DNA of 24,000 nt, taken from contig NZ_JBFREF010000009.1 in assembly GCF_052114165.1 (NCBI RefSeq), positions 413,623 to 437,622 of the forward strand. Reading direction: 5' to 3'. The notes under the pieces were generated by a model, which made no database searches, was not told where the DNA came from, and saw only the letters and a list, made by a program, of their open reading frames with translations. Below are positions 5,645 through 22,790 of the stretch, in pieces. The DNA comes from Pseudoduganella sp. RAF19. Its GTDB lineage: Bacteria > Pseudomonadota > Gammaproteobacteria > Burkholderiales > Burkholderiaceae_D. The translations under genes and the position numbers were made by a program. Numbering within the stretch: the stretch's first letter is position 1; the number at the start of each line of letters is the position of its first letter.

Positions 5645-7570
5645 ATGTCAACCCCGCTATTTGGCATCATCGTAGTTGCGGCAGCTTTGCTGGCTCTGTT
5701 GCTGCTGTTGTTGGTATCTGGCGTTATCAAGTACATCCCTAACGACCGCATCGGCGTCGTTGAAAAACTCTGGAGCTCTTCCGGCTCCGTGCAAAGCGGA
5801 CTGCTCGCCCTGAACGGCGAAGCGGGCCTGCAGCCTGAACTCATTCGCGGTGGCTTCCACTTCTTCGCGCCCTTCCAATTCCGCGTCCACATTCATCCCA
5901 TGGTGTCCGTCACGCAGGGCACCATCGGCTACGTCTTCGCGCGCGATGGCATCGACCTGCCCGCCGGACAGACCCTGGCCGACAACTCGGGCACCAGCGA
6001 TTTCCGCAACGTGCGCGCTTTCCTCAGCAACGGCGGCCAGAAAGGCCCGCAGCGCATGATCCTGCGCGAAGGTACGCACATCATCAATCCCGCTTTGTTC
6101 GTCGTGATGACGGAGGAAGCGACATATTCGATGTCGCTCGACGCGAAAGAAAAAATCTACTACGAGCAAATGCGCGGCCTGCTCGATGAGCGCAGCGGCT
6201 TCACGCCGGTCGTGATCAAGGAAACCACCGGCTCGCACGATTCCGACCAACTGGCCGTAGTGACGGTGCAGGACGGTCCCGGCCTGCTGAAGGACGAGCT
6301 GCTGGCGCCGGATGTAGGCGACACCCACAACGCCTTCCAGGAGCCTGAAAAATTCCTTGCCGCCGGTGGCCGCCGCGGCCGCCAGGAACGCGTGCTGGTA
6401 GAGGGTACCTACTTCATCAACCGCCTGTTTGCGACAGTGGAATTCATCAGGAAGACCGTGATCCCGGTCGGCTTTGTGGGCGTGGTGGTGTCGTACACTG
6501 GCCATAAGGGCACCGACTTATCCGGCACCGAATACACGCACGGCGAGCTGGTGGAAAGCGGCTGCCGCGGCGTGTGGCGCGACCCGCTCATGCCGGGCAA
6601 GTACGCATTCAACACTTACGCCGGCAAGATCGAGCTGGTGCCGACCACGAACTTTGTGCTGATGTGGAAGTCCGGCGAGAGCGGCTCCAGCTTCGATAAG
6701 AATCTGCGCGAGATTACGCTCATCACCAAGGACGCTTTTGAACCGCAACTGCCGCTGTCGGTCGTAGTGCACATTGACTACCGCAAGGCGCCGATGGTGG
6801 TGCAGCGTTTCGGCAATGTGGCGCAACTGGTGGAACAGACGCTGGACCCGATGGTGTCGTCGTACTTCAAAAACGTCTCGCAAACCAAGACCTTCATTGA
6901 ACTGATTCAGTCGCGCAGCGAATTGCAGCATAACGCGTCGGAAGACATGAAGCTGCGCTTTCAGGCCTATTCGCTGGAGTTCCAGGAAGTCCTGATCGGC
7001 ACACCGAAGCCACAGCAAGGCGACAACAAGATCGAGAACATCATGGCCCAGCTGCGTGACCGCCAGATCGCACGCGAGCAGGTCGAAACGTTCGCGCAGA
7101 AGCAGATCGCCGCCGACAAGGAGCGCGAACTGAACGAAGCCGAGCAGCGCGCCGCCAAACAAAAAGAGCTGACCGGATCGCTGGTCGATATCTCGATCAA
7201 GGAAAACCAGGGCGCTGCCAACGTGAAGGCGGCCGAGAAGCGCCGCCAGGAAATCGAAGCGCTGGCGCAGGCCGAACGCTTCAAGCAGGAGGTGGAAGGT
7301 TCCGGCCGCGCTTCCGCGATCCGCTCCGTCGGCGAAGCGGAAGCAGCAGCAATTCACGCCAAGTCCGAAGCGATGCAAGGCGAGGGCGCCGACAAGCAGT
7401 TGATGCAAACCGTGATGCTGCGCCTGGCCGAAGCCTTCGAAGCTGCGAAGGTTCCGCTGGTGCCACAAGTGCAAATGGGTGGCGCCGACAACAACGCCTT
7501 CAGCACCCTGCTTGGTCTGATGAGTGCAATCAAGGCTGGCGAACTGACCACAACGTCTGATAAGGTATAA
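5645..7570 (+). CDS. SPFH/Band-7 domain protein, flotillin (YqiK)-like, N-terminal membrane anchor and expanded repeat-containing N-terminal region
   Basis: 641-aa ORF with these parts:
- Hydrophobic anchor FGIIVVAAALLALLLLLLVSGVI.
- SPFH-type entry IPNDRIGVVEKLW...LIRGGFHFFAPFQ.
- SPFH core ITLITKDAFEPQLPLSVVVHIDYRKAPMVVQRFGN...LDPMVSSYFKNV.
- Long charged coiled-coil/EA-rich segment (REQVETFAQKQIAADKERELNEAEQRAAKQKE...GEAEAAAIHAKSEA).
- Flotillin-like tail.
An AAAGG lies about 6 nt upstream of the ATG. Confidence 0.8.
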   Translation: MSTPLFGIIVVAAALLALLLLLLVSGVIKYIPNDRIGVVEKLWSSSGSVQSGLLALNGEAGLQPELIRGGFHFFAPFQFRVHIHPMVSVTQGTIGYVFARDGIDLPAGQTLADNSGTSDFRNVRAFLSNGGQKGPQRMILREGTHIINPALFVVMTEEATYSMSLDAKEKIYYEQMRGLLDERSGFTPVVIKETTGSHDSDQLAVVTVQDGPGLLKDELLAPDVGDTHNAFQEPEKFLAAGGRRGRQERVLVEGTYFINRLFATVEFIRKTVIPVGFVGVVVSYTGHKGTDLSGTEYTHGELVESGCRGVWRDPLMPGKYAFNTYAGKIELVPTTNFVLMWKSGESGSSFDKNLREITLITKDAFEPQLPLSVVVHIDYRKAPMVVQRFGNVAQLVEQTLDPMVSSYFKNVSQTKTFIELIQSRSELQHNASEDMKLRFQAYSLEFQEVLIGTPKPQQGDNKIENIMAQLRDRQIAREQVETFAQKQIAADKERELNEAEQRAAKQKELTGSLVDISIKENQGAANVKAAEKRRQEIEALAQAERFKQEVEGSGRASAIRSVGEAEAAAIHAKSEAMQGEGADKQLMQTVMLRLAEAFEAAKVPLVPQVQMGGADNNAFSTLLGLMSAIKAGELTTTSDKV

Positions 7571-7577
7571 CTCCTTT

Positions 7578-7626
7578 AGTGGCGGGCGAAAAACGAAAGT
7601 GACCACCCGCCGCTGCTTGCGTTTTA
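7578..7626 (+). terminator. GC-rich hairpin (AGTGGCGGG ... CCCGCCGCT) followed by GCTTGCGTTTT; candidate terminator after the SPFH gene
   Basis: Read directly: 7578..7586 pairs with 7606..7614 (9 bp including one G-U) around a 19-nt loop. A T-run lies at 7622..7625. The large loop and the distance to the T-run make this only moderately convincing. Confidence 0.35.
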
Positions 7627-7651
7627 GCGCAAAAAAATCGAGGAGACGACG

Positions 7652-9490
7652 TTGCGATACACGGGGATGAAGCAGCTGGCGGCGCTGGGCATCATGATGG
7701 CGGCGCTGAGCACACAAGCGGCCACGCCGCATTTCGCAGTGGCTGGCGACCACTTCGAACTGGATGGAAAGCCGTATGTGATCCGCGCCGGCGACATGCA
7801 CTACGCCCGCATCCCCCGTGCGTTCTGGCGCGAGCGCCTGCAGCAGGCCCGCGCCATGGGCTTGAATACGATCACCACCTATGTGTTCTGGAATCTGCAT
7901 GAGCCAGAGCCTGGCCGTTTCGATTTCAGCGACAACCTTGATCTCGCCGCCTTCGTGCGCACGGCACAGGAAGTTGGACTGAATGTTGTGCTGCGTCCCG
8001 GTCCTTACGTCTGCGCTGAGCTGGACTTCGGCGGCTTCCCCGCATGGTTGCTGCGTACGCCCGGTCTGCGTGTCCGCAGCATGGACCCGCGCTACCTGGA
8101 TGCGACTGCCCGCTACTTCAAGCGCGTTGCGCAAGAAGTGGCGTCGCTGTTGTCCTCGCGCGGAGGACCGATCCTGATGACACAGGTGGAAAACGAATAT
8201 GGCTCGTATGGCGAAGATCACGCTTACATGGCCACTATCCAGAAGCAGCTGCGCGATGCGGGATTCAACCTCCCGCTATTCACATCGGACGGCCCCGATC
8301 CCACCCTGCTCGACCACGGCACCCTGCCTGGCGTGACCGCTGTCGTCAATTTCGACGGCAACGTGGACGATGTGAAGGAAGCCTTTGCTCACCTGGCCAC
8401 GTTCCGCCAGCATGTGCCGCGCATGGCCGGTGAATACTGGGCCGGCTGGTTCGACCATTGGGGCGAGCGTCACCACCAGACCAATCCCAAACAGGCCGCC
8501 GATGCAGTGGACTGGATGCTCGGACAAGGCATCTCCTTCAATCTGTACATGGCGCATGGCGGCACCAGCTTCGGCTGGCAGCCAGGCGCCAACGGCCAGG
8601 GCAGCACCTACCAGCCCGACACCACCAGCTACGATTACGACGCCGCCATCGACGAAGCGGGCCGCCCTACGCCCAAATTCTTTGCTATCCGCGCCGCTAT
8701 CGAACGCCATCTGGCGCCTGGCGAGCGCCTGCCCGATCTGCCTGCACAAGCCACATCCTTGATCGCCGTGCCGCGCTTCACCCTGGACGAATCCGTCGCG
8801 TTGGTCGATTCCCTGCCCAATCCCATAGCCTCCCATCTGGCGCGCAATATGGAGGCATACGGGCAGGGCTATGGCTTCATCGTCTACCGCAAGCGCTTCG
8901 CTGACGGCGCATCGGGCAAGCTGGATCTGGGCGCGGTGCGCGACTACGCACACGTGCTGGATGACGGCGCCACCATCGCCACCATGGACCGCCGGCGCGA
9001 CGAGCACGTGACCGACATCAATCTCAAAGCCGGCAGCACGCTGGATGTGGTGGTCGAAAATATGGGGCGCGTCAATTTCGGCCCAATGCTGCCCGACGAG
9101 CGCAAAGGTCTTACACGCGCCGTATCGCTGAGCGGCAAGCCCCTGCTCGACTGGGAAGTGTTCTCCACGCCGATGACCAATTTGTCAGCCCTGCATTTTG
9201 CACGCGGCATACCGGCGAAACGCGGCCCCACTTTCTGGCGCGGCCATTTCAACGTCGCCGCCCCCGCCAGCACCTTCCTGGACATGCGCGCCCTCGGTAA
9301 AGGCCATGTCTGGGTCAACGGTCACCATTTGGGACGGTACTGGCGCGTCGGCCCGCAGCAAAGCCTGTTCCTGCCCGGACCATGGCTTCGCAAAGGCGAC
9401 AACGAAATCATCATTCTCGACATGGACGGTGCCCCGGAAGCGCCGAGCGTGCAAGGCTTGCCGAACCCGGTGTTTGCCACTCCGGGCTGA
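7652..9490 (+). CDS. Beta-galactosidase, glycoside hydrolase family 35, secreted (signal peptide)
   Basis: 612-aa ORF. GH35 hallmarks are present: MHYARIPRAFWRERLQQARAMGLNTITTYVFWNLHEP, GPYVCAELDFGGFPAWLL, the acid/base block QVENEYGSYG, and the nucleophile block MAGEYWAGWFDHWGE. The signal peptide is MKQLAALGIMMAALSTQA/ATP. The TTG at 7652 has an AGGAGA Shine-Dalgarno 5 nt upstream. An alternative ATG lies at 7667. Confidence 0.9.
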   Translation: MRYTGMKQLAALGIMMAALSTQAATPHFAVAGDHFELDGKPYVIRAGDMHYARIPRAFWRERLQQARAMGLNTITTYVFWNLHEPEPGRFDFSDNLDLAAFVRTAQEVGLNVVLRPGPYVCAELDFGGFPAWLLRTPGLRVRSMDPRYLDATARYFKRVAQEVASLLSSRGGPILMTQVENEYGSYGEDHAYMATIQKQLRDAGFNLPLFTSDGPDPTLLDHGTLPGVTAVVNFDGNVDDVKEAFAHLATFRQHVPRMAGEYWAGWFDHWGERHHQTNPKQAADAVDWMLGQGISFNLYMAHGGTSFGWQPGANGQGSTYQPDTTSYDYDAAIDEAGRPTPKFFAIRAAIERHLAPGERLPDLPAQATSLIAVPRFTLDESVALVDSLPNPIASHLARNMEAYGQGYGFIVYRKRFADGASGKLDLGAVRDYAHVLDDGATIATMDRRRDEHVTDINLKAGSTLDVVVENMGRVNFGPMLPDERKGLTRAVSLSGKPLLDWEVFSTPMTNLSALHFARGIPAKRGPTFWRGHFNVAAPASTFLDMRALGKGHVWVNGHHLGRYWRVGPQQSLFLPGPWLRKGDNEIIILDMDGAPEAPSVQGLPNPVFATPG

Positions 9491-9498
9491 GTAAAAAA

Positions 9499-9583
9499 GC
9501 GCACCATGCATTAGCTGGGCTTATGCATTCTATGCAGAGTATTCATTTGCCAGCAGAGGTGAAAAAGGCGCAGCATGGTGCAC
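9499..9583. promoter_or_regulatory. Repeat-rich AT-rich control region upstream of the SDR-ebgAC-permease block (ATGCAT motifs, short dyad, long-range inverted repeat)
   Basis: Read directly:
- ATGCAT at 9506..9511 and 9523..9528, and ATGCAG at 9532..9537.
- Dyad TGCAT-TCT-ATGCA at 9524..9536.
- GCACCATGC (9501..9509) is the reverse complement of GCATGGTGC (9573..9581).
- Direct repeat GTAAAAAAGCGCA (9491..9503) / GTGAAAAAGGCGCA (9559..9572).
The function is unassigned. Confidence 0.3.
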
Positions 9584-9606
9584 AAGCTATAAATTGGAGA
9601 CGGCAC

Positions 9607-10380
9607 ATGCAGCAAGGTGAATTGGCAGGCAAGGTGGCATTGATCACGGGTGGTGCGTCAGGCATCGGACGCGCCACGGCGGAGTTGTTCGCGCGTGAAG
9701 GCGCAACAGTGCTGATCGCGGACCGCGATGGCGCAGCGGGCGAACTGGCGGTTGCGGCATTGACGGCAGCGGGCGCCCACGCTTCGTTCATCCGCGCTGA
9801 CGTCGCGCAGGCAGCGGATTGTGAGGCGGCAGTGGCCGCGGCCGTGTCGCGCTACGGCCGTCTCGATGTTTTGTTCAACAACGCGGGCATTACCCGCCGC
9901 GCCAATGTGATCGACACCACCGAACAGGAATGGGATCAGGTTATGGCGGTTAACGTCAAATCGATTTTCCTGATGTGCAAATATGCTGTACCGGTCATGC
10001 AGCAGCAAGGCGGCAGCATCATCAACACCGCATCGGGATGGGGTCTGGTGGGCGGCAAGGATGCCGTGTCCTATTGCGCTTCCAAGGGTGCGGTGGTCAT
10101 CATGACCAAGGCCATGGCTGTGGATCACGGCCCGCAGAACATCCGCGTCAACTGTGTCTGCCCCGGCGATACGGATACACCCATGCTGCGCAACGAAGCG
10201 CGCCAGCTGGGACTTGAGGAAACCGCACTGGTAGCGGCAGGTGCAGGCCGGCCGCTGATGCGAGTTGGTAAGCCACCCGAGATCGCGCAAGCCGTGCTGT
10301 TCCTCGCCTCTGATCGTGCTTCCTTTGTCACCGGCGACGCGCTGGTGGTGGACGGTGGCGGCCTGGCCGGATCGGCGTAA
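9607..10380 (+). CDS. Short-chain dehydrogenase/reductase (classical SDR)
   Basis: The ORF track starts at 9382, but the SDR fold starts at the ATG at 9607: MQQGELAGKVALITGGASGIGRATAELF (TGxxxGIG Rossmann motif). It also has NNAG and the catalytic YCASKGAV (YxxxK). A GGAGA Shine-Dalgarno at 9596..9600 lies 6 nt upstream. The 75-aa upstream extension crosses the intergenic region and is R/H-rich. The stop codon is 3 nt before the GH2 start. Confidence 0.9.
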   Translation: MQQGELAGKVALITGGASGIGRATAELFAREGATVLIADRDGAAGELAVAALTAAGAHASFIRADVAQAADCEAAVAAAVSRYGRLDVLFNNAGITRRANVIDTTEQEWDQVMAVNVKSIFLMCKYAVPVMQQQGGSIINTASGWGLVGGKDAVSYCASKGAVVIMTKAMAVDHGPQNIRVNCVCPGDTDTPMLRNEARQLGLEETALVAAGAGRPLMRVGKPPEIAQAVLFLASDRASFVTGDALVVDGGGLAGSA

Positions 10381-20043
<9,663 letters not shown>

Positions 20044-20073
20044 CTCCTGAATTTATCGTTATGATTACTGCCA

Positions 20074-21207
20074 CTACACCGAAACGGGCCACATGGTCTG
20101 TTCCCGGTAGCCGGTCGTGACCGGCAAATACCCATTGAATTCCGCGTCGAGCTCTGCGTCGCCGCTGTCGATGCGCAGTACGCCGCCGTACAGCGATATC
20201 AGCTTGTCCGGCGGCGCCAGCACATGCAGGCCGCGCCGGCCGGCAGCGCGCAGCAGGCGCGGTGAAATCTGCTGGTTGCCGCGCCCCAGCACCAGGCCCT
20301 GCCCACCGATGGGTGACAGCACCAGGTGCAGCGGCACTTGCCAGCGTTCGGCCAGATCTTCCAGCTCGCGGCGCGAGGCGTCGCGCGCCAGCAGCGTGCC
20401 GTCGCCCAGCAGGGCATCCACACCCAGCAAAGTGCCGTCAACACCCAGCAGGTCCAGCAGTGCCTGGGTAGTGGAACCCGGCCCGACCAGATACAGCGAG
20501 CGCGCCTCCATCGCTTCTGCAAAGCTGCGCGCGATGGCCATTCGCTGCGCGCCGCTACCGCTGACATGGCGCGCTTTGCCACCCTGCGTCAGCTTGGGCG
20601 ACAGCGGCAGTTGCAGATAGCCATGCAGGCGCGGCGCAATCAGGCCGCAGCGCAGTTCGTCCTCATCCAGGTCCATGACTTCGGCATCGCTGCACACAGC
20701 CGGTCCGTGTTGCTGCAACTGGCGCAACAGCTGCCCGGCAGCCGTCGGATGATTCGCAAATACGGCCGACTGCATCTTTACGCCGGCTGGCAAGCCCAAT
20801 ACCGGCAGGCTGTCTGCCACACCGGCGTCGCGCAGGCCCTGTAGCACGTCGCGTGCGGTGCCGTCGCCGCCGGCAAACAGCAGCAGGTCGATGCCCATGC
20901 CGGCCAGGGTGCACGTCGCGCGGCGCGTGTCCTCCGCCTGTGATGGCCAGTTCACCGGCACTACAGCACAAACATCCAGGCTGGCCGCTTCCAGCGCGGA
21001 ACAACCCATCGCACCATCGGCCGCGTACCAGCTGACGACCTGTGCGGCCTCGCCGCAGGCGTCGAACATGGCGGCCAGGCGGGCGGGAACGTGCGGCAGA
21101 CTGCAGGCGGCCAGCGCGGCCTGCACGCTGGCCGCACCGTCCGAGCCTTTCAGCCCGGCCGGACCGCCGATGCCGGCCCAGGGATTGACCACCAGCCCGA
21201 TCTTCAT
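20074..21207 (-). CDS. ATP-NAD kinase / diacylglycerol-kinase-fold family protein, AcoX-like
   Basis: 377-aa ORF. The N-terminus MKIGLVVNPWAGIGGPAGLKGSDG and the LLLFAGGDGTARDV (GGDGT) motif are characteristic of the NAD-kinase superfamily and of AcoX-type proteins. Its ATG overlaps the stop of the upstream GcvPB-like gene (ATGA). Confidence 0.75.
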   Translation of the reverse strand: MKIGLVVNPWAGIGGPAGLKGSDGAASVQAALAACSLPHVPARLAAMFDACGEAAQVVSWYAADGAMGCSALEAASLDVCAVVPVNWPSQAEDTRRATCTLAGMGIDLLLFAGGDGTARDVLQGLRDAGVADSLPVLGLPAGVKMQSAVFANHPTAAGQLLRQLQQHGPAVCSDAEVMDLDEDELRCGLIAPRLHGYLQLPLSPKLTQGGKARHVSGSGAQRMAIARSFAEAMEARSLYLVGPGSTTQALLDLLGVDGTLLGVDALLGDGTLLARDASRRELEDLAERWQVPLHLVLSPIGGQGLVLGRGNQQISPRLLRAAGRRGLHVLAPPDKLISLYGGVLRIDSGDAELDAEFNGYLPVTTGYREQTMWPVSV

Positions 21208-22790
21208 GCCAGCCCGCGCTCGCCCAGCTTGCGCTGATAAGCGCGCCAGGTGATGGCCCAGCGTTCCGGATCGTCCAGCATTTCGCCTTGAACCCGATGC
21301 ACCGGACAGTTGTGGGGAGCCGCCTTGACCAGTTCCGGGTTGCAGCGCGCTTCATCGGCGATGTGACGCATTACGCCGATGAATTCGTCCAGGTCGGCGC
21401 GCGAGTAGGATTCGGTCGGCTCGATGGTGGCCGGCTCCGGCACCAGGTATGGGTGATGGCTGGTCCAGTAGTGCACGCCGAAGTCCGCAGCGCGCAGTCC
21501 GATGTCTTCCGAACTCACACCTGTTGCCTGCGCCAGGCCGGACCAGCTGTAGCGCACCTGCTCGATGCGGCGCTTGCCGGGTGCGTATGGTGCCGACATG
21601 CCGTCGATCTTCAGCAGCTCGTGCATCATGTAGTTGTTGTTCAGGACCGCGATTTCGGACACGGTACGCAGGCCCTCGGCGCCCAGGTTCATGATCCATG
21701 CATACGCGCGCAGCACGATGGAGGCGGCGCCCGTGAAGCTGCTGATCTTGCCGATGGATTGCTCGCCGGCGCTCACCAGCTGATAACGGCCGCTCTTGTT
21801 GCGCACCAGTGGACTGGGCAGGAAGGGCGCCAGCGCCGCGGTACTGCACACAGCGCCGACTGCGGGGCCGCCGCAAGCGTGGGGCGTAGCGAAGGTCTTG
21901 TGCAGATTGAAGTGGCACAGGTCGAAGCCTGCTTCGCGCGCACGGGCAATACCCAGCAGGCCGTTGGCATTGGCCTGGTCATAGACACATAAGCCGCCTG
22001 CTGCGTGTACCGCATCCACGAATTCCCGGATGCGGCTATTGAAGATGCCGGTGTCCTCCGGATTGGTGATCACCAGTGCGGCAGTGCGTGGCGACACGGC
22101 GGCCTTGAGTGCAGCCAGGTCAGGATAGCCATCCGCATCCGGATAGATCGTGATGACTTTGTAGCCGACCAGTTTGGCGCAGGCCGCATCCGATGGATGC
22201 GAGAAAATGGTGGTGATGACTTCATCGCGCTGTGCCGCCTCTCCCTGGCTTTCGTGCCAGGCGCGCACAATAGACATATTGGCGAAGATGGCTTGCGAAC
22301 CGCCGCGCGCCTGCAGAGACACCGCGTCCATGCCGGATACTTCGCGCATCACGCTTTCCACCTTGTCGATCACTTCCAGCATGCCCTGCACGCTGCTGTC
22401 CGGCTGGCGTGGATGCAGCTCCGCCATGCCCGGCTGGCGCGCCAGCTGGTCGTTGATCTTGGGGTTGTACTTCATGGTGCAGGTGCCCTGGCCGACGTCC
22501 ACATTCAGGTCGGCGCCCAGGTTTTCCTGCGACAGCCGCAAGTAGTGGCGCAGCACGCGGTTCTGCGACATCTCCGGCAATGCCGGTGGGCGCTGGCGCA
22601 GCATGGTTGGGGGCAGGCTGGCCAGGGGCTGGCCTGCGGCCTGCGCAATCTCCGGCTCCACTTCCGGCACCAGGATGCCGCGTTCACCCGGCTGGCTCAG
22701 TTCAAAAATTACCGGTTCATCCCAGCGCGCCTGATGGTATCGGCGCATCTGCTGTTTGCGGTGGGTAGCGATGTTATCCATGGCGTTCAT
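21204..22790 (-). CDS. gcvPB: Glycine dehydrogenase (aminomethyl-transferring) subunit 2 (GcvPB)-like PLP enzyme, divergent
   Basis: WDEPVIFELSQPGERG, LPEMSQNRVLRHYLRLSQEN, GTCTMKYNPK, ITNPEDTGIF and the PLP-lysine block CHFNLHKTFATPHACGGPAVG match the GcvPB pattern (canonical NLHKTFs.PHGGGGPG). The ORF track extends to 22820. I place the start at the ATG at 22790, which overlaps the GcvPA-like stop (ATGA). Confidence 0.85.
   Translation of the reverse strand: MNAMDNIATHRKQQMRRYHQARWDEPVIFELSQPGERGILVPEVEPEIAQAAGQPLASLPPTMLRQRPPALPEMSQNRVLRHYLRLSQENLGADLNVDVGQGTCTMKYNPKINDQLARQPGMAELHPRQPDSSVQGMLEVIDKVESVMREVSGMDAVSLQARGGSQAIFANMSIVRAWHESQGEAAQRDEVITTIFSHPSDAACAKLVGYKVITIYPDADGYPDLAALKAAVSPRTAALVITNPEDTGIFNSRIREFVDAVHAAGGLCVYDQANANGLLGIARAREAGFDLCHFNLHKTFATPHACGGPAVGAVCSTAALAPFLPSPLVRNKSGRYQLVSAGEQSIGKISSFTGAASIVLRAYAWIMNLGAEGLRTVSEIAVLNNNYMMHELLKIDGMSAPYAPGKRRIEQVRYSWSGLAQATGVSSEDIGLRAADFGVHYWTSHHPYLVPEPATIEPTESYSRADLDEFIGVMRHIADEARCNPELVKAAPHNCPVHRVQGEMLDDPERWAITWRAYQRKLGERGLA

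Noticed and set aside
5460-5675. 71-aa ORF in the LuxR-type/SPFH intergenic region, considered as a small protein
   Set aside because: It is Arg/Pro-rich (RFSRLPRTLWPGRFMPAHSPRICLSRHRRAADVRARPLRRRD), has no Shine-Dalgarno, and overlaps the SPFH start out of frame. It is best explained by GC-rich non-coding sequence.
5657-6505. 282-aa minus-strand ORF antisense to the 5' part of the SPFH gene; similar nested ORFs elsewhere (e.g. 2326..3099, 3429..4037, 8276..9007, 20663..21355, 22005..22910)
   Set aside because: All are fully contained antisense or out-of-frame within better-supported genes, and all have Arg/His/Gln-rich nonsense-like sequences.
7617-7632. Small hairpin TTGCG-TTTTAG-CGCAA followed by AAAAAAA upstream of the GH35 gene, considered as a minus-strand terminator
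   Set aside because: On the minus strand the T-run precedes the stem rather than following it. The stem is only 5 bp, and no minus-strand gene ends here.
6518-8221. 567-aa minus-strand ORF spanning the 3' half of the SPFH gene, the intergenic gap and the 5' end of the GH35 gene
   Set aside because: It is antisense to two genes with unmistakable family motifs and runs straight through their intergenic terminator region. The translation is R/H/Q/G/A-rich with no recognisable domain. This is the typical shadow ORF of a high-GC genome, where stop codons are rare on the antisense strand.
20044-20073. TGGCAG in the kinase/TonB-receptor gap, considered as a sigma54 -24 element
   Set aside because: The required -12 TTGC(A/T) element at the proper spacing is absent (TGGCAGTAATCATAAC), so there is no support for a sigma54 promoter.
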